A stretch of 22,233 nucleotides of DNA from Armatimonadota bacterium. Lineage in GTDB: Bacteria; Armatimonadota; Hebobacteria; CAIYQO01. Positions 6,910-16,700 of this stretch are shown one piece after another (positions within the stretch are counted from its first letter, which is position 1; each line of letters opens with the position of its first letter). The translations under genes and the position numbers were made by a program. The notes beneath the pieces were generated by a model, which was not told where the DNA came from, ran no database searches, and worked only from the letters and a program-made list of their open reading frames with translations. The DNA is taken from NCBI GenBank assembly GCA_038248345.1, contig JBBRXO010000044.1, forward strand, positions 1-22,233, written 5' to 3'.

Positions 6910-9074
6910 TGATGGATGTAGACTTGATGAAAATAAGCGTAAAAACACAGCGCCGCCGGGGTTTCACCCTGGTAGAGGTGCTGGTCGCTGTCATCATTCT
7001 ACTCATCGGCGTGGTGGCTGCGTTGCGCATCTTCCCGCCGGGCTTCCGCGCATTGACGGAGAGCCAGGAAACCAACCGTGCGATGGCTACCATGCAAGCG
7101 CAGATTGCCGAATTCCAGAACCACCCGGAAAGCCTGCCCGATGCGATTCTGCCCGTTGATTATTCCTCAACCGAGTCTTTGAACTGGATGAAGAACTTTG
7201 ACTTCAACGATTTAAGCCCCATCGACTACCAGGGTAACCCGGATAAATGGCTCTCCAGCCTGAAGATGCCGATGTCCGGCAGCAGCTCCAGTTGGCCGCT
7301 ATGGGAGCCTATAAGTGTACGCGCCATGCGCCGCATCATCGGCGAGCGCGTGGTGATCCCCTCTGACCTCACTAATAAAAAACACGTGGCTACGGTGATC
7401 GTCGCGCCCTTGAATAGTGCCGTACTCACAGTTGATAATACTGCTGATATCAGCGCCGGGATGCGGCTCTATCTATCCGATGGCACAACATCATTCTTCG
7501 TCAAGGTGGTGAGTGTCGACTCGGCTACGCAGATAACCATCGCCGAGACGGTCACGGTGATGTTGCCCGCTTATTTATCAACAACCGAGGGCGGCTCGCC
7601 ATGTTATATGCCGCGCTTCGGGCCGATTACCCCGAATATGCACTGGGATACCCCGTCATCGACCTTCATCGCCGACCTAACTCCGTTGGCCATCTACGAC
7701 CTGCGCTATCGCAATGTCACGCTGGAGCAACTGCAGGGGCTGGCCGGCAACGGCGCTACCGGGAATGATGACTTTTACTACGCGGTGAATTACACCGACG
7801 GTACAGTCTACTTCCTCAAGCCGAAGGTGGCCACCACCAGTGTACGCTTCATCTTCAGTATGTTGGATCCGCTTAACAAACAGGTGCAGGTGGCGGGGGA
7901 GACGCAGACGCTGCCGGATATCACTATTGATGCTCAGCTCATCTTCACCGGCATGAGTGATCCGCTGCGCACCGGGAGCGATTCTACCGGGCAGCTTTAT
8001 GCCCTGCAATTCCCCACGGGGTACAAGTTAATCCCCGGTAGCGAGCAGTTCAACCGCGCTTACAATTACGTGCAGAATGTCGATCCCTCGGCGCTGGGCG
8101 CCGGGCAATATACTGTGGAGACAGATCCGTCGGGCTTGACGCTGGACGTGTTGCACTTCGCGCAGGCGGATGTCGGGCGCACGGTGAAACTTGATTATAC
8201 AGCTGCTGATTGGAACATCCTGCATGAGGATGTCGCGGTGGACCCGCAGGGGTATCTGAACCTGATGGCGCGCAATCTGAAGGTGGGCTACATCTTCAAC
8301 TTCCCGCGGGAGCCGCAACCGTGGGGGCTGACCCAGCCGCTGTTGGGTGATCCTTTGAAATTCAAGCAGCAGGACGAAGTGGTACGGCTGGTGAATTTAC
8401 GCACCGGTATCAGCTATAGCGTTACTACCGATGCCTATTCGTCGCCGACGTATCCCAAGTATTTCCTGCAGCCTCCCGCGCCTGTTAATTCTCCCTTGCC
8501 GGGGACGGTTGACATGGCGCAGGCGGCGGATGGGCGTATCCGCATCGGGCAACTGATGGCAGATGGTGATAAGTATATCGAGGGCTCCCCGGAAGTATCG
8601 CCTTTCATGGGTGATACCTACCGTGTCTTCTACCGCACCCGGCAGGACTGGACGCTGCAGACATTCCGCGCCCCGGCGCAGTTCTGGTACACCAGCGACG
8701 CCGGCAATTTAGGTTGGGACAGGTACAACCTGACGGGTAATATTGTAGCAGTGCCGGGAGTATACGAAGGGCAAACGATAGCCGTGGATTACCTGTACGA
8801 CCAGGGGGTCGCCAAGGCGCGCGTTAGCGGCGAGCAGCATTTAATCCCCCATCGCGAGGTTAACGGGGTGAGTCATGTGACGCTGAATAATACTCCCAAT
8901 GGCGCCATCAGTGTTCGGGGAGTGTCGGTGACCGTTCGGGCGCTGTGGGCCCAACCGCGAAACACCACCGCCAGACGCTACAGCGCTACTGAACTGCTTG
9001 GCGTGGACAGAACCATCAACGAACGCTGGCAATCGAAGAGCATCACGGTAGTGCTGCCAGCGACGAAGGAGTAG
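6906..9074 (+). CDS. Giant PilV/GspI-like minor pilin (722 aa)
   Basis: RRRG|FTLVEVLVAVIILLIGVVAALRIFP (E5 present). ATG at 6906 overlaps the upstream stop (ATGA); alternative ATG at 6927. Ends in a beta strand typical of pilins (SKSITVVL). Confidence 0.82.
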   Translation: MMMDVDLMKISVKTQRRRGFTLVEVLVAVIILLIGVVAALRIFPPGFRALTESQETNRAMATMQAQIAEFQNHPESLPDAILPVDYSSTESLNWMKNFDFNDLSPIDYQGNPDKWLSSLKMPMSGSSSSWPLWEPISVRAMRRIIGERVVIPSDLTNKKHVATVIVAPLNSAVLTVDNTADISAGMRLYLSDGTTSFFVKVVSVDSATQITIAETVTVMLPAYLSTTEGGSPCYMPRFGPITPNMHWDTPSSTFIADLTPLAIYDLRYRNVTLEQLQGLAGNGATGNDDFYYAVNYTDGTVYFLKPKVATTSVRFIFSMLDPLNKQVQVAGETQTLPDITIDAQLIFTGMSDPLRTGSDSTGQLYALQFPTGYKLIPGSEQFNRAYNYVQNVDPSALGAGQYTVETDPSGLTLDVLHFAQADVGRTVKLDYTAADWNILHEDVAVDPQGYLNLMARNLKVGYIFNFPREPQPWGLTQPLLGDPLKFKQQDEVVRLVNLRTGISYSVTTDAYSSPTYPKYFLQPPAPVNSPLPGTVDMAQAADGRIRIGQLMADGDKYIEGSPEVSPFMGDTYRVFYRTRQDWTLQTFRAPAQFWYTSDAGNLGWDRYNLTGNIVAVPGVYEGQTIAVDYLYDQGVAKARVSGEQHLIPHREVNGVSHVTLNNTPNGAISVRGVSVTVRALWAQPRNTTARRYSATELLGVDRTINERWQSKSITVVLPATKE

Positions 9075-9166
9075 GGGCACATGGCATGTGCCATCGAAAC
9101 GGGGTATGGGAAATATGACCGATTGAAGCTATGGTTATGAAGTGGGCACAAGCCTTGTGCCCCTAC
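9071..9166. mobile_element. REPIN-like element (inverted pair of GTAG-type REPs), copy 1
   Basis: Left arm GTAGGGGCACATGGCATGTGCC, right arm GGGCACAAGCCTTGTGCCCCTAC. Each arm is a GTAG tetranucleotide plus hairpin. A homologous copy lies at 21109-21203. Confidence 0.85.
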
Positions 9167-9194
9167 TTGGAACTTGAAACATGGAATTTGGAAC
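9167..9194 (+). repeat. Tandem heptamer repeat, 4 copies
   Basis: TTGGAAC TTGAAAC ATGGAAT TTGGAAC. Confidence 0.8.
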
Positions 9195-9195
9195 T

Positions 9196-10929
9196 ATGAA
9201 ACAAGGTGTAACATTGATAGAGCTAATGGTTACCATCGCCGTATTAGCGGTGGTGATGGCTCTGCTCGCCATACCGCTGATGATGGGTTCCAGCTACGTG
9301 CAGAAGGCCACTGCGTTGCGCGAGGCGCAACGCGCGGGGGAAGATTCTTCGCGCAAGCTTAAGCGCGATATTGAGACCGCCATGTACGTTTTCGACCTCC
9401 CGCCGGACGGCTCCTGGGTATCGATGGTACCCGAGGCCCCTGGTACCAATGGCCAGCCAATGGATAGCGCCGGTAACGCCACCATCATCCGCTACGCGCA
9501 GGTGCTGGATTTCCCCTGGTCAGGGGAAAATGGCGCCACCTCGTTACTACAACCGAATTATCTGACCGGGGCATACGGCACCCACTATGCGGATTTCTAC
9601 AGTGCATTTCAAGGTACGAGCAGTATCCCATACAATCCGTATATACTGGGTCGTTATGAGCAATTACAGCCGTGGAACGCCATCTGGGGGGTGACTGGTT
9701 ACGGCACTGATGGCTCCTTCCCGATGAATAAATATACCGATACCACGCGTGATAACCTCTGGCGGCACTTCCGCAATGAGATGATCTCTGTCACCCCATA
9801 TGGCAGTGAGTGGGATGTGCCCGTATTTCAGGTCACCCCGCTTCGCCTTAACTCTGAGGCGTTACAGGAGCAACTCACCAGTGACGGCAAGCCCACGTAC
9901 ACATTCACCTCGCGCTACCCGTTATGGGCGGCACGTAATGCGGATTTTGAAGCCGCCGCCAATATCTTCACCGCGGGCGGTGAGGCAAATCCGTTCCTCG
10001 GTATAGATGATTACCTGGCGCTCTACCCACAGGATTCTAACCCTTATGGGTATGCCGTGCGGGTGTATGATACTACTGGAGTTATGGTATACGGCTACAA
10101 TACCAGCAATAACACCTTTGTCCACAACCGGCACTTCATGGACTGGCCGGCATATGACCGCCCTGATGTGGCCATAACCCAGGCGTGGACAAAAGCAGAC
10201 ATCGAGCAACAACGGCTGGCGGGTAAGCTGGTCTTCGTGCAACCGTGGAAATTCACCTGGATAGCAGCGCATCCTACCGGAAAGACGGGCGCGGACGGCA
10301 CCACTCCCCTCCTCTACGCCGAGGTCGCCATGCCGGTGAGCGGCGCCTGGCAATCGCCCAATATTACCACCTTGCCGCACGTCATAGATGTGGGGGGGAC
10401 ACCCTTCAAACTATCGCTGCAGACAGATCCGCTGAAATTATTACCCGCTGAATTCTGCCTTTCGGATAGTACCTTTTCCCCACCTGCATGGAAGGCGAGT
10501 ACGGGTTATAAATTGGGTGACCGCGTTGTCCCCACCACCGCAAACGGGCACAGTTATCGTTGCATCTCCGTGGTGTTGCCGAGTATCACCAGCGCGTTAG
10601 AGCCGACCTGGCCTGTCACCATCGGAGGATGGGTGGTAGATAATGGCATCACCTGGCAACTGGATGACGGCAACCATGCGTTGATTATCTGCACATCGGC
10701 AGCGCCTCCCGGCGGGGCGGCGATTACCTCCGCGCCGTGCTACATCAGTGATCTGCAACCGGGTGACCGGGTTATTGCCACCTATTCAACTCGTGCGGTG
10801 CTGAATGTGGCACTGGCGGTGAGCCGCTTGAATCGTGCCTCCGGCGCAAGCAAAAGCGGGGAGACCTTTAACCTAAGCGTGCAGGTTGAGGCGGGCAACG
10901 CCGCCCGCCGCGCACGCGGTAATGAGTGA
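9196..10929 (+). CDS. Giant PilW/GspJ-like minor pilin (577 aa) with a CBM-like Trp-rich insertion
   Basis: MKQG|VTLIELMVTIAVLAVVMALLAIPL (E5 present), and the PilW/GspJ-type helix end KLKRDIETA. The ATG at 9181 lies inside the heptamer repeat, so 9196 is preferred. Confidence 0.82.
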   Translation: MKQGVTLIELMVTIAVLAVVMALLAIPLMMGSSYVQKATALREAQRAGEDSSRKLKRDIETAMYVFDLPPDGSWVSMVPEAPGTNGQPMDSAGNATIIRYAQVLDFPWSGENGATSLLQPNYLTGAYGTHYADFYSAFQGTSSIPYNPYILGRYEQLQPWNAIWGVTGYGTDGSFPMNKYTDTTRDNLWRHFRNEMISVTPYGSEWDVPVFQVTPLRLNSEALQEQLTSDGKPTYTFTSRYPLWAARNADFEAAANIFTAGGEANPFLGIDDYLALYPQDSNPYGYAVRVYDTTGVMVYGYNTSNNTFVHNRHFMDWPAYDRPDVAITQAWTKADIEQQRLAGKLVFVQPWKFTWIAAHPTGKTGADGTTPLLYAEVAMPVSGAWQSPNITTLPHVIDVGGTPFKLSLQTDPLKLLPAEFCLSDSTFSPPAWKASTGYKLGDRVVPTTANGHSYRCISVVLPSITSALEPTWPVTIGGWVVDNGITWQLDDGNHALIICTSAAPPGGAAITSAPCYISDLQPGDRVIATYSTRAVLNVALAVSRLNRASGASKSGETFNLSVQVEAGNAARRARGNE

Positions 10930-13535
10930 ATAATATGATAGCAGGGATAGAACATAAAAAAATAAACAGACGCACACACCGCGGCCAGGCGCTGATTATC
11001 GCCGTGTTAATCATGTTCATGCTGGTGGGGTTGAGCGGCGTATTTATCGCATTGGTGAACCATGCGCTGGTGCAGACAGTGAAGTCAGGCGAGCGCGACA
11101 AGCTGGAAGAGGTCACGCAGGCAGGGCTGGAATATGCCAAAAAAATGCTCATCTACAGCCCGGAAGGCGCTGACTGGCGCGCCACCGGCGACAGTAACCT
11201 TACGGGTGAACTGCTTGGTTTTAACAAATTCGGCGACGGGTTCTACCGCATCACTATTGACTATGGTAATGGCGCTGGCCCACTGGCCCGCTTCCTGCAC
11301 ATCTACATTGAGGCCCGATTGGCGGAGCCGAATCGACCGCTTGCCGACCAGTTGCCTAAGCCGTTCATCACCCGTAAGCTCGATGCCTATATGCCGCTGG
11401 GGCTGCCGGATTATCTGCGCTGGGTGACTAACAGTGACGGCAGAACAGAGCCGGCGACGCTGGGTAGCATGGTGATGCTGGATGGTCTGCCGACTGTTAA
11501 TAAAGAACCAAATTCGTTATTGGTGACTAATATTGATACTGATAATGACTTTGAAAAGATCGCAAATCGCACCACTATTCCGGTGGGGACACCGGTGATG
11601 ACCTGGTTTGATGGCCCCATCCGCAGCGAAGCGTCATTAGAACTGGGCAACATGCGCCTGGAGCAGGTGGGTAGCGGTGCTGCGCTGGAAGTGGCGGGCT
11701 CTGTGCGCGAATTGGATACCAATCCCGGTTATGGCGGCGTCCACCTGATGAAGAACAAGGCGACCCAGATCGATGCTGCGACGATGGTAGACCGCCTCAC
11801 AACGTTGCGCAACAGTAATGACGCCAGTGTGCAATCGTCGCAGAATAATCAACTGGTGCGCGGTCTGCGCGCCCCCACCATCGACCTGCGTGACCCCGCC
11901 ACCGGGCAGGATCGCTACCGCACTCTCACGCGCGACTCGGTACCCACACCGGGCAAGACAGTTGAGGTACTCGGCTGGGGCGAAGGCATCTACCTGAATA
12001 ATCAGCAGCAGATCCAATATAATCATGATATTGATAAGCTGCGCACTGAGTGGCTGAACCCGGGCGACACCGCCCGGTGGGACAACGGTGTCTACAATCC
12101 GACGCTGAATGGCCAGGCGGTAGAGGTGGTGCTGGGTGACTGGACATTGAACGCCTCCGGCAACGTCGTCGCGCTACCGCAAATTCAATTACGCCGCTAT
12201 GATGCCCCCTTTGTCGATGTGGATGGCAATGCGCTTATCACGCAACAGGATGCGGATGGTTGTTTCTACAAATATGTCGATTACCCACGTAACGGCGTCA
12301 TCTTCGCCGAGGGCAACCTGGTGGTGAAGGGTAATCTGCCGGCTTCAGTCGGCTATGATGGCGTGTTCATAACTCATCCTCCCACGGGGCAAGCGGGTGG
12401 CTTTGATTCTTCTGATGGTTCGATCAAATATTATTTCGACGACTACAACCGTCGCTTCGATCTCACTATCGTCTCCGGCGGTACCATATATATTGAAGGC
12501 AATCTGTTGGGGCCGAGTTCACGCGGGGTAGTGCCTTCCGGCTCTCCATATGACAGCAAGCTGGCGTTGCTGGCGGCGGATAACGTCTGCCTCAACCCCA
12601 CGCGTCTTTTCAACTTTACTGCTAATCAGCAACCGCAGGAGATAAATGGAGAAAAGGTATGGCGACTTAGCCAGGGCGCGGGTAGCGCGTTGACTGTCTC
12701 CTTCACCACCGCCGGGGCAGGTATCTCTATCTCGCGCATGTTGCTGCGCCACGCGGGCGACAGCAGCAATCTCATCACCCCCTATACACAGATGCGCATG
12801 TCGATCAATAACAACCCTTATATGTGGGGAGGGATGGAGAATAATCTGCTCTTCGGCTCGGCACTCACGCAATCGACACTTTTCCCGTCTATTACGCAGT
12901 GGTCGCCGAATTTATTCCCGGATAACCCGCTAGCACGTCAGCTGATCACCGCGCCGCCGGGAATTCTCGGCTTTGGGCAAAAGAACACCATCAATTTCGA
13001 GGTCGTAGGCGGCGGCGATTACCTGCTGGGCGCCGGTTCTGTCGACGGCACCCTGGGCCCCGGTCTGCTGGTTAATGGGCTGGATCTGCAGGTGGATGCC
13101 CTCTGCTATGCCCAGCGCGGCAGTTGGTTCATCATCCCCGGCAAATACAGTAATGAGAGCGCCGACCCGGTGATCAAAAACCAGCCGTGGCCTTTCCCCA
13201 AGTATCGTGAACCTCAGGACGTGCGGATTACCATCTACGGCGCGATTATAGAGAACCGCCCGGCACCGCTGGAGATGGTCAACGAGTGGACGCGGCATTG
13301 GCGCGGCGCTAATTTAGCCTACTATACGACGACAGGCTCCGTCTCCGATATGCTCGATCCTGCCATCAATGCTGATGCCCGCCGCATGGGGATTGAGTAT
13401 CATTATGATACGCGGCTAGCACAAGCCGTCTGTTTTGACATCGACAGCCTGGGGAACAAACTATATCATGCACGCCTGCCGAAATTGCCGGTCAGCCCGA
13501 ATGTGTATTCCATCGGACAACAGAGCGGAATGTAG
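10926..13535 (+). CDS. Giant PilX/GspK-like minor pilin (869 aa)
   Basis: RRTHRG|QALIIAVLIMFMLVGLSGVFIALV lacks E5, as PilX/GspK do. Helix motif QAGLEYAKKML. C-terminal beta repeats NGVIFAEGNLVVKG, LTIVSGGTIYIEGNL, LALLAADNV, ITIYGAIIE. GTG start overlaps the upstream stop (GTGA); alternative ATG at 10935. Confidence 0.82.
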   Translation: MNNMIAGIEHKKINRRTHRGQALIIAVLIMFMLVGLSGVFIALVNHALVQTVKSGERDKLEEVTQAGLEYAKKMLIYSPEGADWRATGDSNLTGELLGFNKFGDGFYRITIDYGNGAGPLARFLHIYIEARLAEPNRPLADQLPKPFITRKLDAYMPLGLPDYLRWVTNSDGRTEPATLGSMVMLDGLPTVNKEPNSLLVTNIDTDNDFEKIANRTTIPVGTPVMTWFDGPIRSEASLELGNMRLEQVGSGAALEVAGSVRELDTNPGYGGVHLMKNKATQIDAATMVDRLTTLRNSNDASVQSSQNNQLVRGLRAPTIDLRDPATGQDRYRTLTRDSVPTPGKTVEVLGWGEGIYLNNQQQIQYNHDIDKLRTEWLNPGDTARWDNGVYNPTLNGQAVEVVLGDWTLNASGNVVALPQIQLRRYDAPFVDVDGNALITQQDADGCFYKYVDYPRNGVIFAEGNLVVKGNLPASVGYDGVFITHPPTGQAGGFDSSDGSIKYYFDDYNRRFDLTIVSGGTIYIEGNLLGPSSRGVVPSGSPYDSKLALLAADNVCLNPTRLFNFTANQQPQEINGEKVWRLSQGAGSALTVSFTTAGAGISISRMLLRHAGDSSNLITPYTQMRMSINNNPYMWGGMENNLLFGSALTQSTLFPSITQWSPNLFPDNPLARQLITAPPGILGFGQKNTINFEVVGGGDYLLGAGSVDGTLGPGLLVNGLDLQVDALCYAQRGSWFIIPGKYSNESADPVIKNQPWPFPKYREPQDVRITIYGAIIENRPAPLEMVNEWTRHWRGANLAYYTTTGSVSDMLDPAINADARRMGIEYHYDTRLAQAVCFDIDSLGNKLYHARLPKLPVSPNVYSIGQQSGM

Positions 13536-13563
13536 CGTTGTTGAGGTGGTAAAATGTGTGATG

Positions 13564-13584
13564 GCATGGGCGTCCCGCCCATGC
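13564..13584. repeat. Solo REP-like hairpin (possible terminator or processing stem)
   Basis: Perfect 9-bp stem GCATGGGCG-TCC-CGCCCATGC, no U tract on the + strand. Confidence 0.7.
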
Positions 13585-13592
13585 AAAGCGCA

Positions 13593-13734
13593 ACCCCGGG
13601 CGTTGCCCGAGGCTATGATATTTATCTGGGTTAATTGGTTATGAATCATATTAGCTCGTGAATAAATAACGGGCGAATACGGGCAGAGGCAAATAGAGAG
13701 AAATAATATCATAGCCTCGGGCAACGCCCGGGGT
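13593..13734. mobile_element. 142-bp MITE/REPIN-like element with perfect 30-bp terminal inverted repeats
   Basis: ACCCCGGGCGTTGCCCGAGGCTATGATATT (13593-13622) and its exact reverse complement (13705-13734) flank an 82-bp AT-rich spacer. Each arm has an internal hairpin CGGGC-GTT-GCCCG. Confidence 0.8.
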
Positions 13735-13752
13735 AGATTGCTGGGGGTGGGT

Positions 13753-16700
13753 ATGAATCATGCCATGCAAAGATGGTTTATCGGTATATATGTCGGAATG
13801 CTACTGCTAGTGGGGTTGAGCGTCAGCGCTACGGATATCACGGTGAATTATCAGCGTACTACCCGAGCTTTCCACGTCGCCCAACTGGAGCTCAGCAGTT
13901 ACGGCGTGGGTACCACCCCGCTCTTCTCACTGCTCTGTAATAGTCCGCTGAAGCCAGATGGCTGGCAATTCGATAACCCGCTGGCCCCGGGCGGTATCAC
14001 CGACAAGAATAACAGCGCCTACTGGGTAGTGCCGCTCGCGGATAACAAAGTCACCGCCCTGGCAGCCTTCGATCTGCTGGTGGTTAATGATCTGGGCAAG
14101 GCGCGGCTGAACAACAACGACAAAGCCAATCTACGCAAACTCCTCGACCTCGGCGCGACCATCTGGTTCAACGGCGGCGATACCCTCGATACGCAACTGG
14201 TGCAGACGACGAATGATTTCATTGATCCCCCCATAGTGTTCAATAATACCCTGGTCGATCCTGACGGACGCAATCTCCTCGCCGCTGATGCCGCACATTG
14301 GCTGTTGCGCGGGCAATTTACCATCTCCGATGATGAGTTGAATTCGTTGCGCTCACACGGTTCCTATCGCACGGCACTGGTGCCAACGGTCGCGCTGCGC
14401 GCCGTAGTCACCACGCAGGGCCCGGCCTTGGATCCGACTAAAAAGACCCAGCTTTCCGTGGTGGCAGTGGGGCAGATCAGCCGGGGGACGGCCATCGTCA
14501 CGTCAGAAAATGTCATTGGCGCTATCGCAGATTGGTCGGGTACGGACCCCACCAAATACCCGCAAGGCGATTCCGATACTCTCGCACAACCGCCGAATAG
14601 CAACCGCTCTTACCTCGCCGGAGTGAAGTTCGCCTATAATATGTTGGGACGCCCGGTGAACTGGGCGGCAGTAGGCGGCCCGGCGGGCGCCGTGCGTGCA
14701 GTTAATGCCGCCTACCCGCCGGCACTGGCGCGGGCGTGGACGGACTCTTTCACCGCCACCTGTGATCCCGTGGCCGCGGGCGCTTATCTGGCGCTCACTG
14801 GCAACACCACCGGCATGGAATTGCCCGCCGAGTTACGCGTCTATCGCGTCAAACGGCTACTGGATGACGCTGGCGATGCGCTGGATTACCCTTACGGACT
14901 CAGCGATGAGAACGGCCAGGTGGTCAATAAGACTAATCTCACTCCGCGCCCTCCCGGCTTCCCCGAGGACGCGGTGAACGGCTCCGAGCAGGATCTGTGT
15001 TTCTCCCTCGCCTCCACCACCGGCTGGATCGGCTCCCCCGTCTTCGGTGAAGTGAAGTCGGCCATCGGCAGTACCAGCATCACGCGCACCGTCATCTATG
15101 CGCTGGAGAACAAAGATATTAATACGGCGACGCTCCACTGCATCGCCCTTGACCCCTATATTCGCGACACCGTCGGCACCGCGCAAGTGGCCACCGATAT
15201 CTTCACTAAAGATGTCCCGCTCAGCAATGGCCTCTGCCGTGCGTCACTCACGCGCAACGGCAATGTGTTGGTGGTAACGCTCTTCGGCACCGCCAGGACA
15301 CCAGCCGATCAGCGTATCCTTATCTATGATGCCCAGACCGGTGCCCTGCGTACATCATTGGGCACCGTCCCCAATAAACTATTCAATTACACCTGCCCGG
15401 CGAGTATCGTAGCCGGCAATATCGAGTTCGACGCCACTGACCGCGAAGTAGGGATATATGGCGGTGGTGACCCCGATGTGAAACGCCGACGTCAGGACAT
15501 GGTGGACATGATAGCAGTTACTGCCGAGAGCATCGATCGATATGGAACGAATATCCTCGCAACATCGGTCGCGCTTATTCCGCCGACGGTGGTGGTGACA
15601 ACGACGGACAGCTTGAATTTTGTGCCCGATGATCTGCGTCTCATTGATGCGGCGGGCACCAATTACTACCTGGGCGACGTCTCTAAAGCTCCCAACGTTA
15701 CCACCAAAAATGCCAGCGCCTTATTTCGCAAAAATCACGTTCTATCCGTGATGGCTTCGGGCAACTCGATCAAGATCACCTTCAAGCATTGGAGCATCTT
15801 CAGTAATACCGATGCAGGGGAAAAGCCGGTGCTGGTGATGCCCTGCACCTTGAGTTATTCGCTGGGTAGCGGCAACAAAAAAGTGCTGAACATCAGCCAA
15901 CTGATGCCTGGCTATCAGATTATCATTGATGGCACCACCCGTAACATGGCGTTGTTTGATGCCACCGGCGCCAGCTCACGCAGCACAGTACAGAAATTGG
16001 ATGGCGACCTGCAACTGGACGGCACTGGGAAATTAATGGCCGGCAGTAGCTACGGTTACCTGGCTAATAGCCCGTTGCTCTATTATCATGATATGCTCAT
16101 TGCTACTACCAATGGCTATTCCACCAATAACGGTTATCTTACCGGTTTGCGCTTGCGCCATCCCGGTTTCAATGATGCCAATATCCCAGCAGGAAATATC
16201 CTATATGGATCGTATAGTCATGGTGATATATTGGACACCTGGGGAGACTCGTGGGTCTTCACTTTCGCGGGCGATACCCTGGGGCCGAAAAACCCGCTGC
16301 CCGCTTTCTCCTGGGATGGAAACAAACCTCTGGCACGCTGGTCTACCGATTTTCCTTACCCATCCGCGGCCAAAGGCGACAGCATATTTACCATTGGAAC
16401 CTACGCCTATTATTCAAATAGGGGGGGGGGAAGTCCTTCCACGTATTTTGACGAAACAAATTTCCCCACCGTCAACAGGAGCGTACTTTACGGGTTATCC
16501 CCGACCCCTGACCGCTATTTGCACCAGACGGTCACCGCTGGCTGGGTCATCGCGCCGTTGGTAGCTCCTACGGTTCTCACCATTTCGGCCACCGAGCTCA
16601 CTGGTGCCTTGCATGTGGGGGCGCGGGCGCTCTTGAAGATAAATGGCACGACCCCGCCCACCACCTGGGATATGGGCAATATCATCAGCATCACCGGCAC

